DNA of 64,000 bases from Deltaproteobacteria bacterium (GTDB taxonomy: Bacteria > Myxococcota_A > Polyangia > Haliangiales > Haliangiaceae). The notes under the pieces are model-generated. The model was not told the origin of the DNA and ran no database searches. It worked only from the letters and a program-made list of their open reading frames with translations. Made by a program: the position numbers and the translations under genes. Each line of letters opens with the position of its first letter. Positions within the stretch are counted from its first letter, which is position 1. The DNA lies in the NCBI GenBank assembly GCA_020630875.1, contig JAHDIH010000001.1, positions 789,093-853,092 of the forward strand, written 5' to 3'. Of the stretch, positions 6,894 to 17,222 are shown one piece after another.

Positions 6894-9217
6894 ATCAAAG
6901 AAGAAAGGTCTTTTTTGAAAAGCTGAGCGCCTGGTTTCACATTAATGGTGTAAGACTTTTCGATTCCGAAGGAAGAGTTCTTCAACTGAATTTTATGCCG
7001 ACCCACACTGAGCTTAAGCTTTTTGGGAGTCTTTCCTCGCGATTTACCATCGACCCGAATCTCGCATACGGGTTTAGCACTAAACGTCACTAACCCCATT
7101 CGCGTTTTGGTAGCGGTATTTGCCTCTGAACTCACTGCAACGGCGCTTGAGCGTGTGTTAGAAGTTGTTGTTCGTTTCTTGTTACCATTGGTGCCCCTGC
7201 TTCTTCTGACTGAGTTACCTGTCACTCCACCAGTGGCTTTGGTGAGGCGTTGGTTGATTGTTAACGATGCTTTGCCGCCGACTTCGATTGGCTGGCTTAC
7301 GGTCACGTAGCCGTCTTGGAAAAACATCACTTGATGTTTGCCGTCTGCACTGATTTTTGCTGATGTTGGGGTGGGCCCTAACGTGGTTTGCTTTCCGTTT
7401 GATACCAATACGACGTTGGCTCCCATCGGCGTGCTAGAAAAGAGTACTTGTACCGCATTTGGCTTTAATGTCAGGTTGATCTCTGGAGTGTTGGTCGGGG
7501 AAATTTCGAATGAATGAGTTGTGTTTTTGTAACCTTCCGGTGCGATCACTTTCAGCTCGTAGGTTCCCGCCGTGAGATCTTCGATATGAACGCCCCCTGG
7601 GTTACCATCTTCATCAGCTTCTAGCGGCCAATCCTGTTCTTCTCCATCCAACAGTATTTTGGCCGGTGGTGGGGACACCCAAAGTTTAAATCCAGAGTTA
7701 CCTGGTGCCACGTTGGTTGCAATCGCTTTGCGATCAGGCGCCGAAGTCTCACTTGGCGAGGACTTAGAAAAGAACCAAACAATACCAGCGGCTACAGCAA
7801 CGGCACATAGCGCCGCGACTATCCATGGAAGTACTTTGGTTTCCCTGCTAGATTGCGTGGTTTGGCGTTTTAGTGGAGTCGTTGGCTCGCGGTAGATCGG
7901 CGCGGGAGCTGCGATCGCAAGAGGGTCACTGATATCGCTTTGGGCCGCCAAGGCAATCGCACTGATGGCCGAGCTTTCGGTGGTGCTCCGAGTGCTTGGT
8001 GGCAACGATGGTGTTGGGATCTCCGGAGTTGGCGTACTTTTTGGCGCTGCTGGAGGAATCGTAGCGGCACGGGCCACAGGTGGCGACGTTGGTCGCTTCA
8101 CTTTTGGGGCTGTTTCCAATATTGGTGGCGGCTCATCGTAAATCGACGTTTCTAATTCTTCGTCATCCCAGTCCAGGGATGGATTCATTCTTCTGGGCTC
8201 TGTATTTTCCTGTCCGCGAGAAGGCAGAAGCTGGAAACTTTCGATGCGTGCGGTTTCATCTTCTATTTCTTTAGCGAACAACCGCTTCATCCACAGTGCT
8301 AAGTCTTTTCGAGAGCAGAATTCTCCCGTGGTGTAAATGAAGGCTTGCAGCTCATCGTGTAAATCTATCGCGTTTTGGTATCGGTCTTCCGAAGTAGAGG
8401 CAAGTGCACTCAATACGATCCGCTCCAATTCATCTGGGATACTCGGGTTGATATCTCTGGGGGGAATGATCTCAACATTTCGCACCTTTTCAAGTGTTGC
8501 GAAGTCTGACTCTCCGACAAACAGTCGTTGCCCTGTGAGTAGTTCGTACAAGACGATACCGCAACTAAAGATGTCACTGCGTCGATCGATGGGTAGTCCT
8601 CGAACTTGTTCAGGGGACATGTAGCCAAACTTGCCTTTTAGAATTCCTGCTTGGGTTACAGGGCCTTTCCCTACAGCTTTGGCGATACCGAAGTCGATAA
8701 TTTTTACCTCGCCGTCAAACGAAACCAGAATGTTTTGTGGGCTGACGTCTCTGTGTACCAACCCCAACATGCGTCCAGCTTGGTCTCGCTTGTTGTGAGC
8801 GTAGTCTAACCCTTCGCACAATTTCATTGCGACAAAGCAAGCATGCGAAACCGGAATGAGCTGACGACGGTTGCGACATCGATCGTAAACCGCTCGAAGG
8901 TCCCGTCCGTGAATGTGTTCGAGTGCAATATAATAGGAGTCGTCTTCTACTCCCAAATCGAAAATTTGCGCAATGTTGGCGTGGTTCAGTTGGACTGCAA
9001 TTTTGGCTTCGTCAATGAACATCCTGATGAACTCTTGGTCCTCTGCGATGTTAGGAAGAATTCTCTTCACTGCAACAAGCCGTTCGAATCCTTCCACTCC
9101 GTAGGCTTTCGCTCGGAATACTTCGGCCATTCCGCCTACGTTGATCCGCTCGAGAAGGTCGTACTTTCCGAAAGAAATGGGACTAGTGAAAGAATTTAGC
9201 TTTGATGAAATTGCCAT
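6887..9217 (-). CDS. Hanks-type serine/threonine protein kinase with Pro-rich linker, one TM helix and extracytoplasmic PEGA domains
   Basis: Kinase subdomains (GGMAEVFRA...VAVK, HRDVSPQNIL, DFGIAK, SPE). Followed by a PTSPP-rich linker, TM LPWIVAALCAVAVAAGIVWFF, and PEGA-like repeats (VIAPEGY..., EIRVDGKSRGKTP). Confidence 0.85.
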   Translation of the reverse strand: MAISSKLNSFTSPISFGKYDLLERINVGGMAEVFRAKAYGVEGFERLVAVKRILPNIAEDQEFIRMFIDEAKIAVQLNHANIAQIFDLGVEDDSYYIALEHIHGRDLRAVYDRCRNRRQLIPVSHACFVAMKLCEGLDYAHNKRDQAGRMLGLVHRDVSPQNILVSFDGEVKIIDFGIAKAVGKGPVTQAGILKGKFGYMSPEQVRGLPIDRRSDIFSCGIVLYELLTGQRLFVGESDFATLEKVRNVEIIPPRDINPSIPDELERIVLSALASTSEDRYQNAIDLHDELQAFIYTTGEFCSRKDLALWMKRLFAKEIEDETARIESFQLLPSRGQENTEPRRMNPSLDWDDEELETSIYDEPPPILETAPKVKRPTSPPVARAATIPPAAPKSTPTPEIPTPSLPPSTRSTTESSAISAIALAAQSDISDPLAIAAPAPIYREPTTPLKRQTTQSSRETKVLPWIVAALCAVAVAAGIVWFFSKSSPSETSAPDRKAIATNVAPGNSGFKLWVSPPPAKILLDGEEQDWPLEADEDGNPGGVHIEDLTAGTYELKVIAPEGYKNTTHSFEISPTNTPEINLTLKPNAVQVLFSSTPMGANVVLVSNGKQTTLGPTPTSAKISADGKHQVMFFQDGYVTVSQPIEVGGKASLTINQRLTKATGGVTGNSVRRSRGTNGNKKRTTTSNTRSSAVAVSSEANTATKTRMGLVTFSAKPVCEIRVDGKSRGKTPKKLKLSVGRHKIQLKNSSFGIEKSYTINVKPGAQLFKKDLSSLIQ

Positions 9218-9319
9218 GGGACCGGCGTGACTTTAGCTGAACTAGTGCTCAGAACCAAGCCATAAATGAACGTGGTTTCCCTACACCCCAGGAGGTGCAG
9301 GGAAGTCTATTAATTTTAG

Positions 9320-9793
9320 TTACTTACGTTCGATCCAGACGCGAGTCATCGTGTCATTGCCTGCAATTTGATCAACGATTTCGATACCAGAGATGGTTTT
9401 TCCGAAAATCGCGTGCTTTCCATTGAGGTGAGGCTGAGCTTCATGACAGATGAAGAACTGTGAGCCGCCCGTATTTGGTCCAGCGTTTGCCATGCTTAAC
9501 GTGCCGCGCTCGTGACTGAGTGAGTTTTTCACCTCGCAGTCGATGTGAAACCCTGGACCGCCTGTTCCGGTTCCCTTGGGACATCCACCTTGCACCATGA
9601 AGTTCGCGATTACCCGATGAAATTTAAGGCCATCGTAGAACGGTTTGGTTACTTTTTCTCCTGATGGAGTTGTCCATTCTTTCGTTCCTTCGGCAAGACC
9701 TACAAAGTTGGCGACTGTATTTGGCGCTTCGTTTTCGTAGAGTTCACAGACGATTTCGCCTTTAGTGGTTTCAAAGTGAGCAAGTATTGTCAT
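9320..9793 (-). CDS. ppiB: peptidyl-prolyl cis-trans isomerase, cyclophilin type
   Basis: [15 protein letters not shown] and GGSQFFI cyclophilin signatures; 157 aa. Confidence 0.85.
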   Translation of the reverse strand: MTILAHFETTKGEIVCELYENEAPNTVANFVGLAEGTKEWTTPSGEKVTKPFYDGLKFHRVIANFMVQGGCPKGTGTGGPGFHIDCEVKNSLSHERGTLSMANAGPNTGGSQFFICHEAQPHLNGKHAIFGKTISGIEIVDQIAGNDTMTRVWIERK

Positions 9794-9808
9794 AGTTTTT
9801 TTCCTTCG

Positions 9809-11245
9809 TTACTGAGTTAGTGCTTGCGCTGGAGGTAGGTTGGCTGCTCTTCGTGCCGGCAAGAAACCTCCCAAGACGCAAAAGAAGATAGCAAATAATA
9901 GGCCACCAAGTATCATCCACCACTGAAAATCAAACCAAGATTCCGGCTTAAAGGCATAGTCGGCGACTTGGCTGGAATGCAGGGTGTCGAGAATCGCTCC
10001 GATGGCTAACGCAAGCGCGGTCCCAACGGCGCCTCCAATGAGTCCGATAAGTGCCGCTTCTCCCAATATAACGAAAAGCACGTCTGTTTTAGTGGCTCCA
10101 ACGGCACGCAGGACTCCGATCTCCCTTCGTCGTTTTGCGATTTGGGAAAAGAAGGAGTGCGCAATATTGAGAGCGGACAGCGCTATAATTGCGATCGAGA
10201 TGGCCAGCAAAATGATAGTGATGATCAGATGAGCCGAAGAAACGTTTTGTGCCGCGTCACTGGTGTTGGTCAAGCCATGTTCTTTCTCGAGCCACTTGAT
10301 GAGTGGAGCAATTTCATCAGGGTTCTTAACCGTGAGCAGTACCGAGGAATACTTCTTTGCCGCATCCGGGCCTAGAAACTCTGAGCGGAATCGCTTGATA
10401 TAGGCAAGTGGCATTGTCGCTCCAATTCTCATGGCTGCTTTGTCCATTCCGACGATCGCAGCTTCTATTTTTCTTGGACGTGCCTTTAGATCTTGCGGGT
10501 TCATCCCCACTCCGAGAGTGATATGAAAACGCATTGCTTTTGGGCCACGCTTTTCGATGAAGGTTCCGAGGTCTCCTGTGATGGCAGGGAGGTTATTGCC
10601 TCGAGCAAACTGTGCATTATACATTTCGATCATCGCAGGGGACATGATGACTGGCACCCGACGATGGCACTTGCGATCTTTTTGGTCGCAATAATACCTC
10701 TGGTCGTCGGCGCAGGTGTACGTTCTTTCTACACGACACGAAGCTTGAGTGCCATCTTCGTGAGGGGGAGGGCAGATTTCTTTTCCCGTTTTTACTAGGC
10801 ACGGCTCCATTGGAAGGGCATCCCAATCTTTGAACTCTGCGATTGCTCTTTCATCGGTTAGGGCCTCAGGAGCAATACCGTCAACGACAGACTCCAAGAA
10901 CAGTCTGATACTTTCTCCCTCAAAAGATCCTACGCCCGAAGCTGGCATTGCAAGCTGCATTCGCGGGATGGCTGCTGTGATTCTTGGATCTGAGAGAAGT
11001 TCTTTGATCGTTTCGTCAGTGATGCGTTTTTCGCCCATCGCGAAAGTCGCACGTTGCGGTCGAACTTCCAACTGATCGGCAGGGAAGACGGCTTGAAGTG
11101 ACTTCTCCGCCCCCTTAGATAGTGCGAGAAATAGAACGAACATGAGGATGCCAAACGCCACCCCAATGATGGACAAAGCGAAGTCGCCCTTAGAGCGTAA
11201 AGTATTACGCCAAATCATCTTAAAAAGCTTGTTGGTTGGCATCAT
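9809..11245 (-). CDS. ABC transporter permease, FtsX/MacB-LolE family, with large Cys-rich periplasmic domain
   Basis: TM1, then about 280-aa periplasmic domain, then C-terminal FtsX-like 3-TM bundle (GVLRAVGATKTDV...). ATGA overlap with the upstream ATPase gene. Confidence 0.75.
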   Translation of the reverse strand: MMPTNKLFKMIWRNTLRSKGDFALSIIGVAFGILMFVLFLALSKGAEKSLQAVFPADQLEVRPQRATFAMGEKRITDETIKELLSDPRITAAIPRMQLAMPASGVGSFEGESIRLFLESVVDGIAPEALTDERAIAEFKDWDALPMEPCLVKTGKEICPPPHEDGTQASCRVERTYTCADDQRYYCDQKDRKCHRRVPVIMSPAMIEMYNAQFARGNNLPAITGDLGTFIEKRGPKAMRFHITLGVGMNPQDLKARPRKIEAAIVGMDKAAMRIGATMPLAYIKRFRSEFLGPDAAKKYSSVLLTVKNPDEIAPLIKWLEKEHGLTNTSDAAQNVSSAHLIITIILLAISIAIIALSALNIAHSFFSQIAKRRREIGVLRAVGATKTDVLFVILGEAALIGLIGGAVGTALALAIGAILDTLHSSQVADYAFKPESWFDFQWWMILGGLLFAIFFCVLGGFLPARRAANLPPAQALTQ

Positions 11246-11967
11246 GCGGGTCCTGCTCCTGCAGCGATATTACTCTCAGAGATTAGTTCACCGTCTTGAA
11301 TACCTATGACCCTGCTAGCGACTTCCGAGACGCGTTTTTCGTGAGTGACAATAATCATCGTAATCCCATTCTTTTCGTTTAGTTCTTTGAAGAAGTCGAT
11401 GACGTCTTTACCAGTTTTTGAGTCTAGGTTTCCCGTTGGCTCGTCGCACAGTAAAAGTTTAGGTTTAGCAAATAGAGCTCTGGCAATGGCAATTCTTTGC
11501 TTTTGACCTCCTGACAACTCTCCAGGATAACGGAAGGCGAACTCACCAAGCCCCACACGTTCAATGGCTTGCATCGCTAGTTTGTGAGGATTGTCTAGTT
11601 TGCCGAAATTTGCGGGAAGTAAAACGTTTTGCAGACAGGTGAGGTGGTCGAGCAGATTGAAACTTTGAAATATAAAACCAATTTCTTGGTTTCTCAATGT
11701 CGCCATTTCGCGTTCCGATGCCTTGGCATAGTCAAGGTTAAACACTTTGACGGTGCCCGAATCCAGCTGGTCAAGACCGCCTATAATGTTGAGCAAGGTA
11801 GACTTACCTGAGCCCGACTGACCGACAAGTGCTAAAAACTCACCCTGTTCAACGTTTAAACTGACTCCTTTCAAGACAGGCGTTGCGGCGCTGCCTTTCC
11901 CATAGGATTTTTTTACGTTAGTCGCTTCGATGATTGGCATTTCATTAACCTCGGTTTTTGACGCCAC
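11242..11967 (-). CDS. ABC transporter ATP-binding protein (MacB/LolD family)
   Basis: Walker A GQSGSGKST, signature LSGGQKQRIAIARAL, Walker B LLLCDEPTGNLD, H-loop. Confidence 0.85.
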   Translation of the reverse strand: MASKTEVNEMPIIEATNVKKSYGKGSAATPVLKGVSLNVEQGEFLALVGQSGSGKSTLLNIIGGLDQLDSGTVKVFNLDYAKASEREMATLRNQEIGFIFQSFNLLDHLTCLQNVLLPANFGKLDNPHKLAMQAIERVGLGEFAFRYPGELSGGQKQRIAIARALFAKPKLLLCDEPTGNLDSKTGKDVIDFFKELNEKNGITMIIVTHEKRVSEVASRVIGIQDGELISESNIAAGAGPA

Positions 11968-12071
11968 ACTAGCATCTAGCCGGCCCTAACGGGGAACCAC
12001 ACCCCATTAATTGGTCGCAAGGACTGCGTAGGAGGAGCTTTTGGGGGCCACAGCACATAGCTGCTACCGCT

Positions 12072-12716
12072 CTACGGATAAACTCGTTCGCCTAAGTAGA
12101 CGTCAACTTCTTTAGCTCCTGTTGGCCCCGGAATTTCAATAACCGCACGTTGCTTGGCGCGAAGCAGGACACTCGCAGCTTTTCGAAGAATCACCGTTCC
12201 GTTGACATCTCTGTAAGACGCAAGAATATTGGCGTGAACTCTTCTTCCGGACAGATTGTGTGCCCAGAACTTCACCAGCGTTTTGCCAGCAAAGGGGTGC
12301 AGGACCGGAGTGTCGATGGTGAATTTTTGGTCTGATTCATCGATGAACGCACGTTTGATGTATATCTCAGCTCCTGTTACGTCTGGGTGATGAACTATTG
12401 GGTCGGGGACGGGGGCAAACGTTCGTTTGCTGCGGGGGGGAATACGAAGCATTTCTAGACGAAGTTTCGACTTAGCCTCCTTGCCTGCAAATAGCTGTCC
12501 GCCTACTTGCACGGTTAGTTCTTTATCCCAATTGTTTTTTACATCAACAAGTACGTACGTCGCTTGTTTTTGGTCCTCTCCGATTCCAATGGGACCATGC
12601 CTGACTTGCAAAGAGGTACTGTCTACCGCAACGTTTTCAATGTAGCTTTTTGGTTCTTCATAATCCGATCCCTTGCAACAGATTAGAGAAGTACAGAGAA
12701 ACAACGCTCGTAACAT
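12072..12716 (-). CDS. hypothetical lipoprotein
   Basis: Signal peptide with Cys-containing lipobox-like LICC/CKG; no known motif. Confidence 0.4.
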   Translation of the reverse strand: MLRALFLCTSLICCKGSDYEEPKSYIENVAVDSTSLQVRHGPIGIGEDQKQATYVLVDVKNNWDKELTVQVGGQLFAGKEAKSKLRLEMLRIPPRSKRTFAPVPDPIVHHPDVTGAEIYIKRAFIDESDQKFTIDTPVLHPFAGKTLVKFWAHNLSGRRVHANILASYRDVNGTVILRKAASVLLRAKQRAVIEIPGPTGAKEVDVYLGERVYP

Positions 12717-12845
12717 GCGTTATGCTAGCCGGCGGCAACTTGAAGGTAAAGGCGGAAGATCTCGGGATCTTACTGTTTTCCCCGAATACGGCAACCTGAG
12801 CGGGAATCTCTTGGCAATGCAATTCAACATTGGTAGATTCATCTA

Positions 12846-13124
12846 ATGAAGGCGACTGAAGTGGTACAAGAGTTAATCGGAGTAGCCGATAAACTTGGTG
12901 TCGTTGTTTCATTCGAAGCGTTGGTAAATACGGTGTCCGCTGGTGGGCTATGCCGAGTCAACGGTACTCACAGAATCATTATTGAAAAGCGTACTTCTGA
13001 CTACGAACGCGCTTTTGCTCTAGCCAAAGCGCTAGGCGGTATGGACATCTCAGATGTAGAAATGTCCGATATTTGTCGGCAGTTTATTGGTCGCTATTCT
13101 CAGCAGTTGGCTGAGGCGGGCTAG
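12846..13124 (+). CDS. small hypothetical protein
   Basis: 92-aa ORF with protein-like composition in an otherwise unassigned gap. No motif. Confidence 0.3.
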   Translation: MKATEVVQELIGVADKLGVVVSFEALVNTVSAGGLCRVNGTHRIIIEKRTSDYERAFALAKALGGMDISDVEMSDICRQFIGRYSQQLAEAG

Positions 13125-13980
13125 CAGTAAGCAACATCCGCTTGGCATTTTTGCCGGCAATGTTCCATTCAAAACTTCTATCGTTTCCCATGAGAGGAAA
13201 AGAGAGCGACGTCGGAAGCGGCATTCCTGTGGCCAAGTCTGATAGCAAGTTGGAGATTGCAGGGCGAATTCCTTCAGGGATGATTTCTCGGAAGTCGGTT
13301 CCTACGAGAGAAGACCTGCTGCGACCGGCAACTTCAGCGAACCGATGGTTGCACGAATTGATTTGTAGAGAGTTATTCAAGGAAACGACCAAGTTCTGCG
13401 TTCCATTGCAAATAGCACCATAGTCATCAAGCGCGGAACTGAGTCGCTGTGACACAAAAAGGCTCGACAAAGATAGGGCCAGAATGTTGGCGAAAGGTTC
13501 AAATAAATCTTGCTCTGACGCAGAGACTTCTCTTCCGAGTGGAAAACCAACGTCGAGTGCACCAAATAGCTCACCTTTGGCAGTGAGTAAAATTGAGAAT
13601 CCTGTACAAGCGGGAGAGAAAGGCGGAAGCCACTCTTCGGACTCGGTGATAAGGGAACAATACTTTAATGGTGTTTTCAGTTGGGCACGAGTTAACTCAG
13701 CTGTATTTACAAGTAAGGTCTGAAAGGCGTCAGGATGATATTCTCCTCCTTTGTTGTAACCTCTGATTCCCTGAAACAATCTCGGATCAAGAACTCGTAC
13801 ACCTAGAATCCTTCTGGGGAATAAGTTGGAAATTACGTCTAAAAACGACGCCGCGATCGCTCGTTCATTGAGATCTAAATGAAGCTGCCTAGAAAGTTCA
13901 AAAAGCGACACGCTCGCAGCGGATAGGCTTGGAACTGGCAGGGTTCGGTCTTTCACTCTCCGTTGAACAATACCCGACAT
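13084..13980 (-). CDS. hypothetical sensory protein (GAF-like plus PAS-like folds predicted, no output domain)
   Basis: Pattern of alternating hydrophobic blocks typical of GAF (GELFGALDVGFP) and PAS (NRFAEVAGRSRSSLVGTDFREIIPE). Call is by inference only. Confidence 0.35.
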   Translation of the reverse strand: MSGIVQRRVKDRTLPVPSLSAASVSLFELSRQLHLDLNERAIAASFLDVISNLFPRRILGVRVLDPRLFQGIRGYNKGGEYHPDAFQTLLVNTAELTRAQLKTPLKYCSLITESEEWLPPFSPACTGFSILLTAKGELFGALDVGFPLGREVSASEQDLFEPFANILALSLSSLFVSQRLSSALDDYGAICNGTQNLVVSLNNSLQINSCNHRFAEVAGRSRSSLVGTDFREIIPEGIRPAISNLLSDLATGMPLPTSLSFPLMGNDRSFEWNIAGKNAKRMLLTASPPQPTAENSDQ

Positions 13981-14049
13981 GGAAGAAGGGTAAGGGATCT
14001 CCTCTGGACTGACCAGTGGAGTTTGCCGGTATTAATTTGCTCTCTGATC

Positions 14050-15219
14050 TCAACCGGTTGCAGCGGCTACAGCTTCCGCCATAACCAAAGAAATCGGTAT
14101 TTTAAGCTCTCTGGCGCATTTAGCGCAATCTTCGTACTCTGGTGCATAAGTCGTTTCGTTTCTCTCTGCGATTTTGACTGAGATTCGGTATCCTCTGACT
14201 TCCACCTCAATCAGATGTCGTTTGACGATGCGCCGCGAGCAATGAGTGACCCGAACCCCTAAGGTCGAGGTACTGTTGATAATCGACTCGCAAATTGCGG
14301 CTTCCAGCTCCAGGGGAACCAACGCGGAAAGTTTTGACGCCATTCGAGACTTTTTCATGGTTATTGGCGTTAGCCATGCATCGTAGGCACCTTGCTGCAA
14401 TAGGTCTTCTAAAGCAAACGCAAGACGCTCTGGAGTGTCATCATCTATGTTGGCTTCTAGCAAGGTCACTTTTTCTTTGCTCGCAGCTTGCTCTTTCACT
14501 GTACCGACGGTCACCCGCACCACGTTCGGACGATCTGCGAGCTCCAAGTCCCCCGCACCGTAGCCAATTTCCTTAGGGGCAAATGATAGAGGGGGGGAGT
14601 TTACATAGGTCGCTAGAATCGCAGCACCCGTGGGCGTGCAAATCTCAAATGACACTCCTGCGCTGGAGTACGCAAGGTTCGCATTTTTCAAGATTAGTTG
14701 GGTCGCAGGCGCGGGTAAGGGCAACTTGCCATGAGCAGCATCGGTCATGCCGCTTCCGACGCCGACTACACTGCAGCTCACGGTTGTTACCTCCAGGTAT
14801 TCCATTGCTGCGGCAACGCCCACCACGTCTGCAATTGCGTCGAGAGCGCCAACTTCGTGGAAGTGAATTTTCTCTCTTGTTGAATCGTGTATTTCAACTT
14901 CGGCGTTAGCAATGAAGTCAAAAGTAACGATGGCTTTTTTCTTTATACTTTCCGGTAGGTTGCTTCCGTTGATTATGGTTGCAATTTCTGCAAGAGATCT
15001 AGAATGCTGCTTGTCAGCGATGTCGATGGTCACGTTGGTTGCGGAAATTCCGGCTTTTTTTACTCGCTCTACGTTGAGGCATGAGGCGCCGATGCCCACT
15101 TGGTCGAAAGCCTTTGCTATTACTGCAGGCGGCGTACCTAAGTCTATGAGAGCTCCTATAGTCATGTCGCCAGCAATACCAGCTGTGCGGCAGTCAAAAT
15201 GAAGGTGTTTAGCGGTCAT
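14050..15219 (-). CDS. larC: nickel-pincer cofactor biosynthesis protein LarC (DUF111 family). Start moved to Met at 15219; ORF track gives 15261
   Basis: MTAKHLHFDCRTAGIAGDM N-terminus is the LarC/DUF111 signature (xLYxDCFSGISGDM). Length about 390 aa. Overlaps the larB stop by 11 nt. Confidence 0.7.
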   Translation of the reverse strand: MTAKHLHFDCRTAGIAGDMTIGALIDLGTPPAVIAKAFDQVGIGASCLNVERVKKAGISATNVTIDIADKQHSRSLAEIATIINGSNLPESIKKKAIVTFDFIANAEVEIHDSTREKIHFHEVGALDAIADVVGVAAAMEYLEVTTVSCSVVGVGSGMTDAAHGKLPLPAPATQLILKNANLAYSSAGVSFEICTPTGAAILATYVNSPPLSFAPKEIGYGAGDLELADRPNVVRVTVGTVKEQAASKEKVTLLEANIDDDTPERLAFALEDLLQQGAYDAWLTPITMKKSRMASKLSALVPLELEAAICESIINSTSTLGVRVTHCSRRIVKRHLIEVEVRGYRISVKIAERNETTYAPEYEDCAKCARELKIPISLVMAEAVAAATG

Positions 15220-15952
15220 TGGTGACCATTCTATAAGCGAGCATCGCGGCTCCGACGCCATTGTCGATGTTCACTGTGGCTATCCCAGGAGAGCAAGAAG
15301 AGAGCATGGAAGCTAAGGCGACGAAACCTTGTTGAGAAACTCCATACCCTACCGAAGTGGGAACCGCGATAACGGGAGCTTTGGTTAATCCTGCAACAAC
15401 AGAGGGGAGGGCTCCTTCCATACCCGCAATCACAATCACGACTCGTGCGACTGCCAGCTCTTCCTGCTTCGCCAACACTCGTTGTATGCACGCTACACCG
15501 ACGTCCATGATGGGGGTGCACTCAACTCCAAGTGCGTTTAATACTACTTGGGTTTCTTTGGCTACCGGATAGTCACTGGTTCCGGCGCACAGGAGTTCGA
15601 CTCCAAGGCTTTTTACCTTTGGGAGTTGTCCGACAGTAACGCAGTTAGCAACGTCATCATAATGGGAGTTTGTAAAAGCATTACAAATTTCTTTTGCGCT
15701 TTGCGGCGAAACTCTCGTAATAATGGCCAGTCGATTTGCCTCCGTAAGCGCTTTGGTAATCGCCAGGAGTTGAGCAAGCGACTTATGTTGACCGTAGATA
15801 ATCTCGGGTGTGCCCGTTTTTAGTTCTCTTCCTAAATCTAACAGAGCTTGTCCTGCTGGTACCGGCATTGTAGACAATGCTTCTTTGGTTTCCTTTAAAG
15901 ACCTTTCACCTTGCTGAAAAGTTAATAAGATTTGCTCAAGATCGAGACTCAC
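15209..15952 (-). CDS. larB: nickel-pincer cofactor biosynthesis protein LarB (PurE-like carboxylase/hydrolase)
   Basis: C-terminal PurE-like fold (IAGMEGALPSVVAG, PVIAVPTSVGYG) with an N-terminal extension of about 80 aa; 247 aa; immediately upstream of larC. Confidence 0.7.
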   Translation of the reverse strand: MSLDLEQILLTFQQGERSLKETKEALSTMPVPAGQALLDLGRELKTGTPEIIYGQHKSLAQLLAITKALTEANRLAIITRVSPQSAKEICNAFTNSHYDDVANCVTVGQLPKVKSLGVELLCAGTSDYPVAKETQVVLNALGVECTPIMDVGVACIQRVLAKQEELAVARVVIVIAGMEGALPSVVAGLTKAPVIAVPTSVGYGVSQQGFVALASMLSSCSPGIATVNIDNGVGAAMLAYRMVTNDR

Positions 15953-15965
15953 GCCCCTATGTTGT

Positions 15966-17222
15966 CTATTTTTTGTGTCTGCGCAAGATCTGAATCGTTC
16001 GAACTGCTTTTTCTGTTGCTTGAAGAACCCTAATTGTCACCCCCTCACAAACCATGGAGTCGCCAGCTAGTGGAATTTGCTTGAAATGATCGAGCAACAG
16101 GCCCGCGATGGTTTCGTACTCATCTGATTCAGGAAGTTCGACGCCGATCTTATGATTAACCTTCTCTACAGAGCAACGGGCGTCGACGCGCCAGACGTTA
16201 GGACGTTCCAGGACAATTTGCGCATCGTTGGCATCATGCTCATCATCTATTTCACCTACGATTTCTTCCAATATATCCTCGACGGTTACGATACCTACGG
16301 TTCCGCCGTATTCATCCACGACGATAGCGATGTGCTCTCCTGTTTGTTGTAAGTCTACTAACAGATCAATCGCCAGCCGTGATTCTGGAACAAAGATTGG
16401 TTGTCTTGCGAGTTGGCCTACTGTGCTGTCTTTGTCTTTACATTGAAGAAGGTCAAATACATGAACCACCCCAATAACATCGTCAACGCGGTTTGAGTAG
16501 ACCGGCATTCGAGAGTGTTGTTTATCCTCCACCTCTAAAGCTGCTACTTTGAGAGATGTTTTTTCAGACAATGCCGTTACTTCAGACAGCGGCACCATTA
16601 CGTCCTCTGCCGTGGCGTCCGACAGGTCTAGTACGTTAGCAATCATTTCGCGCTCTTCGTCGGAGATGTCGGCGTGAATGGTATCAAGGTCGTCTACTAA
16701 AAACTCTAGTTCTGCGCGGGTTACCAACGCCCGCGTCGAGTCCCCCCGCAAAAGTTTTGTCACGCCACGAGCTAACGCACCGAGTACGAAAACTGCGGGC
16801 CTTAGCACGAGAGAACACATCTGCAGGGGAGTGGCGATGTACAGAACGATCTTGTTGGCATGGTGTTGGAAAATCGTCTTGGGCACAATTTCCCCCAGTA
16901 TCAGCGTGGCTGGGGTAACCATGACTACCGCTAAAAGTTCTTTGCCTAAAGGCGGCGCGGATGCAAGCTTGGTGATCGCAAGGGTTGTTGTTACCGAGAA
17001 CGTAATCGTCGCAATGTTGGTGCCGATTAGCGTGGTCGCTAGTAGCTTCTCTGGGTTTTGTAAGAACTTGTGAGCTCGTTTGGCCCGCTGATTTCCATTT
17101 TCCGCAAGCGACTGGATCGTGGCACGATTGGCCGAAACCATGGCGATCTCTGCTCCGGAGAAAAAACCCTCAACCAAAACGCAGATAAGCCCAATGAGGA
17201 GTGCTGTTGGAATCGTGATCAA
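15966..17222 (-). CDS. HlyC/CorC (CNNM) family transporter: DUF21 membrane domain, CBS pair and CorC_HlyC C-terminal domain
   Basis: DUF21 N-terminus ([11 protein letters not shown]), tandem CBS region and transporter-associated C-terminal domain; 418 aa. Confidence 0.8.
   Translation of the reverse strand: MITIPTALLIGLICVLVEGFFSGAEIAMVSANRATIQSLAENGNQRAKRAHKFLQNPEKLLATTLIGTNIATITFSVTTTLAITKLASAPPLGKELLAVVMVTPATLILGEIVPKTIFQHHANKIVLYIATPLQMCSLVLRPAVFVLGALARGVTKLLRGDSTRALVTRAELEFLVDDLDTIHADISDEEREMIANVLDLSDATAEDVMVPLSEVTALSEKTSLKVAALEVEDKQHSRMPVYSNRVDDVIGVVHVFDLLQCKDKDSTVGQLARQPIFVPESRLAIDLLVDLQQTGEHIAIVVDEYGGTVGIVTVEDILEEIVGEIDDEHDANDAQIVLERPNVWRVDARCSVEKVNHKIGVELPESDEYETIAGLLLDHFKQIPLAGDSMVCEGVTIRVLQATEKAVRTIQILRRHKK

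Noticed and set aside
7023-8274. Several 64-95-aa plus-strand ORFs (for example, the Trp/Arg-rich one at 7940-8155)
   Set aside because: All are antisense to the Ser/Thr kinase gene. Their composition is typical of reverse-frame artefacts in a GC-rich, Pro-rich coding region.
9262-9292. Imperfect hairpin CCCTACACC-CCAGGAGG-TGCAGGG between ppiB and the kinase gene
   Set aside because: One mismatch in the stem and no clear U-tract on either strand, so not called as a terminator.
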